A DNA stretch of 58,281 nt from Patescibacteria group bacterium (GTDB taxonomy: Bacteria > Patescibacteriota > Minisyncoccia > UBA6257 > Colwellbacteraceae): the NCBI GenBank assembly GCA_023380305.1, contig JAMCQZ010000006.1, positions 1 to 58,281 of the forward strand, in the 5' to 3' direction. A program made the translations under genes and the position numbers. Position 1 is the first letter of the stretch. Every line of letters starts with the position of its first letter. The notes below the pieces were generated by a model, which was not told the DNA's origin, searched no databases, and saw only the letters and a list, made by a program, of their open reading frames with translations. Below are positions 29,310 through 38,909 of this stretch, piece by piece.

Positions 29310-29752
29310 TGAATATGACACACCGATTATCGAAAGGACAAACCATGCTTTTTATGGTTTTTACGATGTCTATCGTTATTCTTGGCGCGACCGCGCTGGC
29401 GAACCTGCTTGTGGTGTATGAATTAAGACAGTCGAGTAGCATCAGCCAATCGACCCAGGCTCTTTTTTCGGCCGATGCCGGAATCGAAAGAATTTTGATG
29501 CGCCGATTCGGATGTTGCGCCGCGGGTTGCGGTCCGATATGCCTTCCGGAAGTGGCGGAAGAGGACGGATCGATTAGCGATACCGGACAGACTTTCAAGG
29601 TTTACAAAAGATGTTCGGACGTCGACGGCAACCCCAGATTGTGCGTCAATCCTCCGGGAGCCGCCTTGATCGAGCGATGGTATGCCGTCGGCAAGGACGC
29701 GACCGGTCAAATCGTGCGCACTTTGGAAATAACTTTCACCGAACAGAAATAA
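29306..29752 (+). CDS. Minor pilin (PilX/GspK-like, lacks E5)
   Basis: KG|QTMLFMVFTM, ALFSADAGIER, terminal RTLEITF. Confidence 0.75.
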   Translation: MMNMTHRLSKGQTMLFMVFTMSIVILGATALANLLVVYELRQSSSISQSTQALFSADAGIERILMRRFGCCAAGCGPICLPEVAEEDGSISDTGQTFKVYKRCSDVDGNPRLCVNPPGAALIERWYAVGKDATGQIVRTLEITFTEQK

Positions 29753-29781
29753 TTTGTTCGCGTTCGTGTTATAATCATTTT

Positions 29782-31146
29782 ATGGATTATCAAGACGCAG
29801 GCTCGACTTTTCCGACACCGTCCGGAAAACCTCCGGTCTGGCCAAGAGTTCTTCTGATCTTGATTTTAATTGTCGCATTCGCGGCGGCGGTATGGGTCGC
29901 TATGAACTACGGCTGGTTTGGCCGTCTTTCTGTAAAAGATCGAGGAGTCGTCACCGGATTAGTGTCCAATTATTATGCCGATTATGCGGGGCGAGTGGAT
30001 ACGAACGACGCCTGGCAGGCCTTCATAGATCGTTACGTTTCCGGCGCGGCGAAACAGGATCTTATAACGGAAGCCAATGCTTTTTTGGCTGACTCCGCTC
30101 AGGCAAAACAGCGTTATTTCGACTCCATCGACGTATTGAAGACCCAAATCACGGATGGCCGGTCGGATAAAGCCGTTGTCTTCGCCGCGACGCGCGTTAA
30201 AAGCCGCATCCTGGGTTTCCCGGCCGAGACGAAAATTGATCGAACGATGTTTTATTTGCGGAAATTCGGCAATCAATGGTTGATCGCAAAAATCGAGCCA
30301 TATTCTCACGAAGTTAAAATGTCTGTGGATTATTTTTCTCGTTTTGACGGAGTCCCAGTTTCGGCGGAGCTTGAAAAAAACGCGTGGGAATTCGGTTCCG
30401 AGGAGCCGGCCGATGTTTATGAAGCCGGAGCGGTCATCATGCGGTTGACCGGAAATCAAAATTTAATCGATCAAAGCCTGGCGGATGATTATAGGAAAAA
30501 CGTCGAGAGCTTCTTTTCTTCTAAAAAAACAGGATTATCCGGCCAAGCGCTGACGTCGGAGCTGTTGAACAGGATGGCGGTGGCCGCCGGCGTCCGCCTC
30601 AGCTTTAATATCGCCATTGATGCGAAACGCACAAATAGGGAAATCAATCGAGGCGAACTCGCATTTTTTGCCGTAACCGCAACCGAAGGAGAAAAAAGAC
30701 CCAACCCGGCTCCGCTAAGAAACGTCGTCTGTGATAATAAATCATTGAATGCTTTTCCGATAAGGACAGGGGACGCGCAAGCCTGGGTGGAGGTTGATTA
30801 TCCGAACGGCGGGGAAAGCTTCGCTCCCGGAGACAACATGACTGTTAATTGGCGAAGCAGCGGCACAAAACCCGATTCTAAAGATAAATCCATCCGCATC
30901 AGTTTGATAAAAGGGAGTGAGGTTGTTAATTCTTTAGTTACCGAAAACGATGGCACGGAGGTTGTTGTCTTGCGGCCGGAGCGGTCGGTCGGATCGGATT
31001 ACAAAATTTCCGTAAGCTACACTTACGATTATTTGGGTTGTTGCGACGATAGTTGTTTGAACGATTGTCATTTCCAGGGTTTGGTAACCGATCAAAGCGA
31101 CAATAATTTCTGTCTGGTGAGCCCCTTTGCGAAGGGGAATCCCTAA
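29782..31146 (+). CDS. Membrane-anchored hypothetical protein (NTF2-like segment plus PNGGE Ig-like domain)
   Basis: Start at 29782, after TGTTATAAT. One transmembrane helix, YLRKFGNQWLI, VDYPNGGESFAPGDNMTVNW, Cys cluster GCCDDSCLNDC. Confidence 0.65.
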   Translation: MDYQDAGSTFPTPSGKPPVWPRVLLILILIVAFAAAVWVAMNYGWFGRLSVKDRGVVTGLVSNYYADYAGRVDTNDAWQAFIDRYVSGAAKQDLITEANAFLADSAQAKQRYFDSIDVLKTQITDGRSDKAVVFAATRVKSRILGFPAETKIDRTMFYLRKFGNQWLIAKIEPYSHEVKMSVDYFSRFDGVPVSAELEKNAWEFGSEEPADVYEAGAVIMRLTGNQNLIDQSLADDYRKNVESFFSSKKTGLSGQALTSELLNRMAVAAGVRLSFNIAIDAKRTNREINRGELAFFAVTATEGEKRPNPAPLRNVVCDNKSLNAFPIRTGDAQAWVEVDYPNGGESFAPGDNMTVNWRSSGTKPDSKDKSIRISLIKGSEVVNSLVTENDGTEVVVLRPERSVGSDYKISVSYTYDYLGCCDDSCLNDCHFQGLVTDQSDNNFCLVSPFAKGNP

Positions 31147-31183
31147 AATAGCGGTATCCGGAGTTTTGGTTTAAAATTGGCTT

Positions 31184-32227
31184 ATGGAAATACTTTTCGG
31201 GGTAATAGCGGGCCTATTTTTGATATCTTTGCTTTTTTTCGCTTACGTTCTTTTCTTTAAGAAAAGAACCGCTGAGCCGGACAATTCTCTGGTCTTATTA
31301 CAGAATCAGATCAACGAGATGAGCCGCATCCTGGACGCAAAGCTCGGCGAGCTGCCGAAAGTGATGCAGTCGCAGTTCGGGGAAAGTAGTCGGATGATAA
31401 AAGAAATCACCGAAGAGCTGACAAAGGTGGGCGAGGGGCAAAAACAGGTCGTCAACTTGGCCGACCAATTAAAGAATCTCCAGGATATTTTGAAAAATCC
31501 GAAACAAAGAGGAGTACTCGGAGAATATTTTTTGGAAGAAACTTTGAAAAACGTCTTGCCGCCGAACTCCTTTAAGATGCAATACAAATTCAAGGACGGC
31601 AAAATCGTGGACGCCGCGGTTTTCGTCAAAGACAAAGTCATTCCGGTGGATTCGAAATTTTCTTTGGAGAACTACGAACGCATTTTAAACGAGAACGATG
31701 CCACGAGAAGGGAGGATTTGGAAAAGCAATTCAAGATGGATTTGAAGAACCGTATCGACGAGACTTCGAAATACGTGCGGCCGGCGGAAAACACGATGGA
31801 TTTCGCTTTTATGTTTATTCCTTCCGAAGCCATTTATTACGATCTTCTGGTCAATAAGGTGGGAGCGGTCAAGGTGAATACGACGGACTTAATCGAATAC
31901 GCCATAAAAGAAAAGAGAGTTATTATTATTTCCCCGACAACGTTCTTGGCTTATTTGCAGACAGTACTTCAGGGATTGAGAGCTTTGCAGATCGAGGAAT
32001 CGGCCAAGGAAATTAAAAAATGGGTGGAAGGTTTAGTAAGACATCTAGTAAGTTATGACGAATATATGAAAAAGCTAGGAAGTTATCTCGGGACCTCGGT
32101 TGGGATGTACAACCAGGCGTATAAAGAGTTCGGGAAAATCGATAGAGACGTTCTGAAAATCAGCGGTGCCGGAGCAAATGTCGAGCCGATGATTTTGACA
32201 AAGCCGGAAGCGGACGAGGACAGATGA
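31184..32227 (+). CDS. rmuC: DNA recombination protein RmuC
   Basis: N-terminal anchor, RGVLGE..LE, VDAAV, IPVDSKF, FAFMFIPSEAIY, SPTTFLAYL. Confidence 0.93.
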   Translation: MEILFGVIAGLFLISLLFFAYVLFFKKRTAEPDNSLVLLQNQINEMSRILDAKLGELPKVMQSQFGESSRMIKEITEELTKVGEGQKQVVNLADQLKNLQDILKNPKQRGVLGEYFLEETLKNVLPPNSFKMQYKFKDGKIVDAAVFVKDKVIPVDSKFSLENYERILNENDATRREDLEKQFKMDLKNRIDETSKYVRPAENTMDFAFMFIPSEAIYYDLLVNKVGAVKVNTTDLIEYAIKEKRVIIISPTTFLAYLQTVLQGLRALQIEESAKEIKKWVEGLVRHLVSYDEYMKKLGSYLGTSVGMYNQAYKEFGKIDRDVLKISGAGANVEPMILTKPEADEDR

Positions 32228-32319
32228 AGATTCCATCCGGCGGACTTTGGTCTTCCGATAAAACCGTATTGAAAGACCTTGACAAAAACATGATGGATTA
32301 TGATATAACATAAGTCGAA

Positions 32320-32610
32320 ATGACCATAAAACCTTTATCCAACCATATTTTCCTTGAGCCGATCGAAGAAGAAAAAGCCACCGAATCCGGCATCATCATC
32401 CCGGACACGGCCGACAAGGAAAAGCCGGTCAAGGGCAAAATCATCGCCGTCGGCGAGGGAAAAATCAACGAAAAAGGCGAGAGGCGGCCGGTAGCGGTCG
32501 AAGTCGGCGATACGGTTTTGTTCAAAAAATACGGCCCGGACGAAATCGAAATCGACGGCAAAAAATATCTGGTCGGAGACGAAGATGATATTTTAGCGAT
32601 CGTGGAATAA
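32320..32610 (+). CDS. groES: Co-chaperonin GroES
   Basis: IKPL, SGIIIPDTADKEKP, AVGEG, VGDTVLFKKYG. Confidence 0.97.
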   Translation: MTIKPLSNHIFLEPIEEEKATESGIIIPDTADKEKPVKGKIIAVGEGKINEKGERRPVAVEVGDTVLFKKYGPDEIEIDGKKYLVGDEDDILAIVE

Positions 32611-32628
32611 ACCGAATCGCATTTCTAA

Positions 32629-34272
<1,644 letters not shown>

Positions 34273-34281
34273 CAAGATCGC

Positions 34282-34304
34282 GCCGCGCCCCCAGGGCGCG
34301 GCTT
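34282..34304 (+). terminator. GC hairpin after groEL
   Basis: GCCGCGCCC-cca-GGGCGCGGC followed by a weak T tract. Confidence 0.55.
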
Positions 34305-34364
34305 GTCGATTTATTGTGCTATACTCAATATAAATAGAAGTCGCCGAAAATAAAAAACATTTTT

Positions 34365-34910
34365 ATGTATATTTTATGGGGGATTATCGCGTTGATCCTG
34401 ATCTGGATAGCCGGTTCTTATAACGGGCTGGTTGTCTTGAAAATCCGGGTTAAAGAAGCTTTGTCGGATATCGATGTCCAATTGAAAAGGCGGTTTGATT
34501 TAATTCCCAATTTAGTGGAAACGGTCAAGGGCTACATGACCCACGAGGCGGCTGTTCTGGAGAAGGTGACTGCCGCGAGAGCGAGCGTGGCCGAAAACAA
34601 AGGAAGCCCCCTGGAAAGGGATAAAGCCGAAAATGTCTTGAGCGGAACCTTGAAAACGCTTTTCGCGGTCGCCGAGAATTATCCGGAACTTAAGGCCAAC
34701 GTCAATTTTATCGAACTTCAGCGCGAACTTTCCGACACCGAGGATAAAATCCAGGCCTCCCGGCGTTTTTACAACAGCAACGTGAGGGAGATCAATATCA
34801 GGGTTCAGAGATTTCCGACGAATATCATCGCCAGGCTGTTCGGCTTCCGGACGGAACCTTTCTTCGAAACCGCCGTTGAGGAAAAGGAGCCCGTTAAGGT
34901 GCAATTTTAA
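34365..34910 (+). CDS. lemA: LemA family protein
   Basis: YNGLV, IDVQLKRRFDLIPNLVETVKGY, AVAENYPELKA, RRFYN. Confidence 0.95.
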   Translation: MYILWGIIALILIWIAGSYNGLVVLKIRVKEALSDIDVQLKRRFDLIPNLVETVKGYMTHEAAVLEKVTAARASVAENKGSPLERDKAENVLSGTLKTLFAVAENYPELKANVNFIELQRELSDTEDKIQASRRFYNSNVREINIRVQRFPTNIIARLFGFRTEPFFETAVEEKEPVKVQF

Positions 34911-34973
34911 TTTCGTTTTGAACGTAGCCGCTTCGCGCGCCAATCGCGGGTTTTACGGAAGCGTTGACTCAAT

Positions 34974-35861
34974 ATGGCCAGAAACATCTATACGGAAAAA
35001 GACGCGAATATAAAAAGAACGTGGATGCTCTTCACGGTTTTTATTGCCGTTGTCATCGGTGTCGGCTGGGGGTTTGGTTATTTTTACGATAGTCCCGTGA
35101 TCCTTCTCGGATCGATTGTTTTTAGCCTCGCGATGAGCGGCGCGAGCTTCCTTTTCGCGGACAATATCGCTCTGGGACTCGCCAAGGCAAAACCGGTGGC
35201 GCATGAAGACAATCCGGAGCTTTATCATCTCGTCGAAAATCTGGCCATCGCCGCCGGCGCGCCTGTACCAAAGATTTATATCATTAACGACCCGAGCCCG
35301 AACGCTTTTGCGACCGGCCGGGCGCCTGACCGCGCGACAATCGCCGTAACAAGCGGTTTGCTGCAGAAACTGAACAAAACGGAACTGGAAGGCGTGCTCG
35401 GCCACGAATTGAGCCACATCGAAAACCGCGACACCCTGATAGCCGTAACCGCGGCCGTGCTCGTCGGATTCGTCGCCATACTCGCGGATATTTTTTTAAG
35501 ATCCCCCCGGTGGTTCGGCCGGGACGACGACAGCAAAGAGTTGCGGAGCGCTTTCTACCTGGTCGGCGTTGTTCTCGCCATTATCGCGCCGATCGCCGTC
35601 AATCTGATTCAGCTCGCCATTTCGCGGAAAAGGGAGTTTTTAGCCGACGCCTCTTCTGCGCTTTTGACCCGTTATCCCGAAGGTTTGGCTTCCGCTTTGG
35701 AAAAAATTTCAACGGACCAGACGTCGATGCGATCGCCGGCTTCGGCGACCGCCCATCTTTGGATAGCCGATCCTTTCAAGGTCAAGCGGGCATCGTCTAT
35801 TTTCGCCACCCATCCGCCCATCGCGGAAAGAATACAGAGGCTTCGCGAAATGAGCTTATAG
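34974..35861 (+). CDS. htpX: HtpX / M48 zinc metalloprotease
   Basis: PNAFATG, LEGVLGHELSH, SRKREFLADA, FATHPPIAERI; follows lemA. Confidence 0.93.
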   Translation: MARNIYTEKDANIKRTWMLFTVFIAVVIGVGWGFGYFYDSPVILLGSIVFSLAMSGASFLFADNIALGLAKAKPVAHEDNPELYHLVENLAIAAGAPVPKIYIINDPSPNAFATGRAPDRATIAVTSGLLQKLNKTELEGVLGHELSHIENRDTLIAVTAAVLVGFVAILADIFLRSPRWFGRDDDSKELRSAFYLVGVVLAIIAPIAVNLIQLAISRKREFLADASSALLTRYPEGLASALEKISTDQTSMRSPASATAHLWIADPFKVKRASSIFATHPPIAERIQRLREMSL

Positions 35862-37751
35862 TCAAACTTCCCGGTGTTTTAACCGGATGCGGATGATTCT
35901 GAGGGAATTGGTAATCGGTAAGAAATCGGTGACAAAATTAAAAACCGCAGCGCCGATCGGGCCGAGGACTCCGAGCAATACGAGGAAAATACCCACAGTG
36001 TTCGTGATGCCCCAGATCCAAAAGTCCTGGTTGACGATCTTAAGGGCGATTTTACTCAAATCCATCAGCTTCGGAATGACGCGCAGATTATCGGACATAA
36101 GCGCGATGTCCGCCGCCTCGATCGCCGCGTCCGAACCGATAGCTCCCATGGCGATGCTCAGATCCGCCGCCGCCAGAGCGGCCGCGTCGTTCACTCCGTC
36201 TCCGATCATGGCTACCTGACCGTATTCCTTTTTAAGCTCGGCGATGATCGCCACTTTGTCTTCGGGCTTCAGATCGGCTTTAAAAATATCGATGCCGACG
36301 TCTTTGGCGACTCGGGCGGCGACTTTTTCATTATCGCCGGTAATCATTACCCAGCGTTTGACGCCGAATTCTTTGGTGTGTTTGACGACGATCTGGGCGA
36401 ACGGCCGGAGTTGGTCTTCAAAAAAAATGATGCCGGCGAATTTTTCGTTTACGCCGAGGCTGGTGATGCTTGCGCCGCTGTCTTTGGCGATGGCCGCTAT
36501 TTTCTTGAGCTCGGCGGTGATTCGCACGCCTTGTTTTTCCAGGTAGTCCATTTTTCCGGCGCATATTTTTTGACGGCGGTATTCGACGCAGATGCCTTCG
36601 CCCGGAATTTCTTCGAATTTTTCCGGAAGTTCGACGGCGATGTTCTTGGATTTCAAATATTGGAGGACGGCCTTGGCTGTCGGATGCTTGGAATAAGTCT
36701 CCGCCGTTCCGAGCATTTTTAAGAATTTTTCTTCGCTCATTTTAATCGGCTCGACAGCCGTAACCTGCGGTTTACCTCTCGTCAGGGTTCCGGTTTTGTC
36801 GGTGATGATAGTTTGGATGCGGGAGATTGTCTCCAAAAATACCGCCCCTTTGACGATGGCGCCTTCGTGGGCCGCTCTCGTTATCGCTCCGGTGAACGTC
36901 AAGGGAATAGACACGGCGATATCGTCGGCGCAGACGACGAGGAGTAGCGAAAGCACCAGGTCGATGTTTTTAGTCGCGATGAAGATGGCCGTCGAACCGA
37001 TAAGCGCGAGGCCGATATACCAGGCGACGAATTTGTCGGCCACGCTTTCTTCGGCGGTCTTCATGCGGCTGGCCGCGTCCACCAGCCTTACGATTTTCGC
37101 GAAAGCGGTTTCCTCGCCGAGCTTTTCGGCCTTAACGACGAGCGAGCCCGATTCGTTGACTGTGCCGCTGAAGACTCGGTCGCCGACCTTTTTTAAGACG
37201 GGCTCGCTTTCGCCGGTTAATATCGCTTGGTTGATCGCTCCTTGTCCGGAGACGACCAAGCCGTCGATCGGCAACTGGTCTCCGGATTCGATAACGACAA
37301 GATCGCCGGCTTTGATATTTTCGACCAGGACGATCTTGACCGTATGATCGACTTGGATTTTGGCTTTGATGGGTTTGTTTTTCAAAAGCGCGTGGATAAT
37401 GTGCCGCGCGCGATTGGCGGTGTATCTTTCGAAAATCCTCGCCGAAGCGATCATGAGGTTGATAAAAGCCGCCGAATACCAAGCCCGGGCGATAAGGCTA
37501 AAAATAAGAGCGATGCTCGCGAGAAGATCGATGGTAAGACGGCGTTTATAGAGCGCCTTCGCGGCATTGGCGACAACCGGCAAAGTGCCGACGATCGACA
37601 GGAAAATTAGAAAATAGGCACTCGACTTGGCGGGCAAAAGGTGGAAGATGTCTGCGCTAAGTCCGATGACAAGAAAAACAACTAAAACAATATCAAGATA
37701 TATGAAACGATCGTTAAGCCGGTCGACGCCTGATTTTTTGAAATCGGGCAT
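35862..37751 (-). CDS. P1B-type (heavy-metal family) ATPase with a non-canonical CADD motif
   Basis: TGES, DKTGT, HP, GDGVND motifs; no N-terminal metal-binding domain. Confidence 0.92.
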   Translation of the reverse strand: MPDFKKSGVDRLNDRFIYLDIVLVVFLVIGLSADIFHLLPAKSSAYFLIFLSIVGTLPVVANAAKALYKRRLTIDLLASIALIFSLIARAWYSAAFINLMIASARIFERYTANRARHIIHALLKNKPIKAKIQVDHTVKIVLVENIKAGDLVVIESGDQLPIDGLVVSGQGAINQAILTGESEPVLKKVGDRVFSGTVNESGSLVVKAEKLGEETAFAKIVRLVDAASRMKTAEESVADKFVAWYIGLALIGSTAIFIATKNIDLVLSLLLVVCADDIAVSIPLTFTGAITRAAHEGAIVKGAVFLETISRIQTIITDKTGTLTRGKPQVTAVEPIKMSEEKFLKMLGTAETYSKHPTAKAVLQYLKSKNIAVELPEKFEEIPGEGICVEYRRQKICAGKMDYLEKQGVRITAELKKIAAIAKDSGASITSLGVNEKFAGIIFFEDQLRPFAQIVVKHTKEFGVKRWVMITGDNEKVAARVAKDVGIDIFKADLKPEDKVAIIAELKKEYGQVAMIGDGVNDAAALAAADLSIAMGAIGSDAAIEAADIALMSDNLRVIPKLMDLSKIALKIVNQDFWIWGITNTVGIFLVLLGVLGPIGAAVFNFVTDFLPITNSLRIIRIRLKHREV

Positions 37752-37765
37752 CGTTGTTATTTTAG

Positions 37766-37955
37766 CACGTATTTGAAGGAGTGGCAGGGGATCTCGCTGC
37801 TCGCCAGTACGGGGTTATTATAAGCGCGGAGTCTGTCTGAAAATATCCGAGCAGAATTCTTTGAGATCGGTAGGCGGAATTTCCTCTTACTTCATTTTCT
37901 GCCGTACCCTCGCTTTGCCTGCTCGACTAAAACTTATGAGCGAAGGCAGGAACCG
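37766..37955 (-). ncRNA. Candidate structured RNA or 5' leader upstream of the ATPase, family unassigned
   Basis: Nested complementary blocks: GATCTC/GAGATC, CTGCTCG/CGAGCAG and GGCAG/CTGCC, plus a second hairpin at about 37908-37950. No known family matched by eye. Confidence 0.35.
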
Positions 37956-38046
37956 GGGCGGAAAGGATAATTTCAAATTTTTCTTTGGCGGAAAATTATT
38001 TTTACAATCACAACTAATGTTTTCACAACTGATATAATTTTTTGTA

Positions 38047-38352
38047 TTACAGATTTTTCTTTAACCAGAGATACTGATTTCTTAGAAAGATAATATAAAA
38101 TAGTGAAAGCAAAATCTTGAACCCTCGTAAATTACTGCCACATTCAAAATTGATATTACTATCGTTGACATCAAAATTAACTGTATTACTACGACACCAA
38201 TCTATTTTCAAATACAACTGATGAACACCTTTTGGCACCTCTAATGTAATTTCTTGGCCATCTCTTAGCTCTCCGATTATCTTTTCATCTAGAATAACTT
38301 TATAGGCGCGCATACTATCTGTGTATCCCGAGTCTCTTCTGATTTTTATCAT
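38047..38352 (-). CDS. AT-rich hypothetical protein
   Basis: 101-aa ORF with a beta-rich N-terminal part and C-terminal hydrophobic segment; DNA visibly more AT-rich than the flanks. Confidence 0.7.
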   Translation of the reverse strand: MIKIRRDSGYTDSMRAYKVILDEKIIGELRDGQEITLEVPKGVHQLYLKIDWCRSNTVNFDVNDSNINFECGSNLRGFKILLSLFYIIFLRNQYLWLKKNL

Positions 38353-38393
38353 ATTATTATTTGTATAATCTTTTGAAACGGGGCTTTATTTTG

Positions 38394-38478
38394 CGGAGAG
38401 GCAGGGATTCGAACCCTGGATACCTTGCGGTATATTCGCTTTCCAAGCGAACGCACTAGGCCACTATGCGACCTCTCC
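38394..38478 (-). tRNA. tRNA-Ser(GGA)
   Basis: Minus strand GGAGAGG...TTCGC-ttGGAaa-GCGAA, long variable arm, GTTCGAATC, CCTCTCCG; CCA not encoded. Confidence 0.95.
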
Positions 38479-38724
38479 AAGCGTATTTTTTAATTTGTTT
38501 TTCAGAATTTTTCTTCCGTGCCCAGTTTTGAAATATCGTTCAGCTTCCCGCGCGTCGTCTTCGTTAATATATACTTCGCAGAATATTAATTCAAACTTTC
38601 CATTTCGGGCGGTAAAATCGGAATGACCATCGTTATGCTCTTTAAGTCTTCTTTTTAAATTATTTGTGAAGCCTTTATAAAGCTTGTTATTTTTCTTAAA
38701 TCTTAAGACATAAAAATAATATAT
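38464..38724 (-). CDS. Small GIY-YIG nuclease (YazA/UPF0213-like), ATA start or start-loss pseudogene
   Basis: Translated by hand: IYYFYVLRFKKNNKLYKGFTNNLKRRLKEHNDG...AREAERYFKTGHGRKIL...TLGEVA*. No in-frame ATG, GTG or TTG after the upstream stop. Stop codon lies inside tRNA-Ser(GGA). Confidence 0.8.
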   Translation of the reverse strand: MYYFYVLRFKKNNKLYKGFTNNLKRRLKEHNDGHSDFTARNGKFELIFCEVYINEDDAREAERYFKTGHGRKILKNKLKNTLGEVA

Positions 38725-38730
38725 AACTTT

Positions 38731-38798
38731 TAGGCCACTCCCGCCTCTTCGGCGGGTGCGCCGAAGAGGCGCAATGCGACCTCTCCCGAGCGTATTTT
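38731..38798 (-). pseudogene. Duplicated 5' fragment of tRNA-Ser(GGA) plus leader, interrupted by a 34-nt palindrome
   Basis: AAAATACGCTcgGGAGAGGTCGCAT[34 nt]AGTGGCCTA, versus AAAATACGCTtGGAGAGGTCGCATAGTGGCCTA at the intact tRNA. Confidence 0.85.
38740..38773. repeat. 34-nt GC-rich compound palindrome (REP/MITE-like)
   Basis: CCCGCCTCTTCGGCGGGTGCGCCGAAGAGGCGCA folds as one 12-bp stem with a 4-nt loop, or as two 6-bp hairpins. Confidence 0.8.
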
Positions 38799-38799
38799 C

Positions 38800-38828
38800 A
38801 GCTTATACTCTTGCGGGTCTTTTCTCAA
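38800..38828 (-). promoter_or_regulatory. Probable promoter of the tRNA-Ser(GGA) locus
   Basis: Minus strand TTGAGA, 17 bp, TAAGCT, directly upstream of the duplicated leader. Confidence 0.5.
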
Positions 38829-38909
38829 GGATAACCGAACCTTGACCATCGGTTTAAAAAAGCGATATTTTAAACGAGCGTCCGCATCAAACTTCGGAGG
38901 TGCAAAATC

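Noticed and set aside
32228-32300. Nested short stems upstream of groES as a possible RNA thermometer
   Set aside because: The stems are only 6 bp and lie upstream of or across the likely promoter, so they would mostly not be in the mRNA.
37876-37886. GAGGAAATTCC on the minus strand, resembling RNase P RNA GAGGAAAGUCC
   Set aside because: No complementary P4 partner (ACCCGGCUUA-like) downstream, and the space is too short.
37766-37930. Partial matches to metal riboswitches: GAGCAGGCAA (NiCo), GCAGC..GAT and GTGCTAAA (M-box), GGAGTGGC (yybP-ykoY)
   Set aside because: The other conserved segments and pairings are missing or on the wrong strand, so no family is assigned. Kept only as an unclassified candidate.
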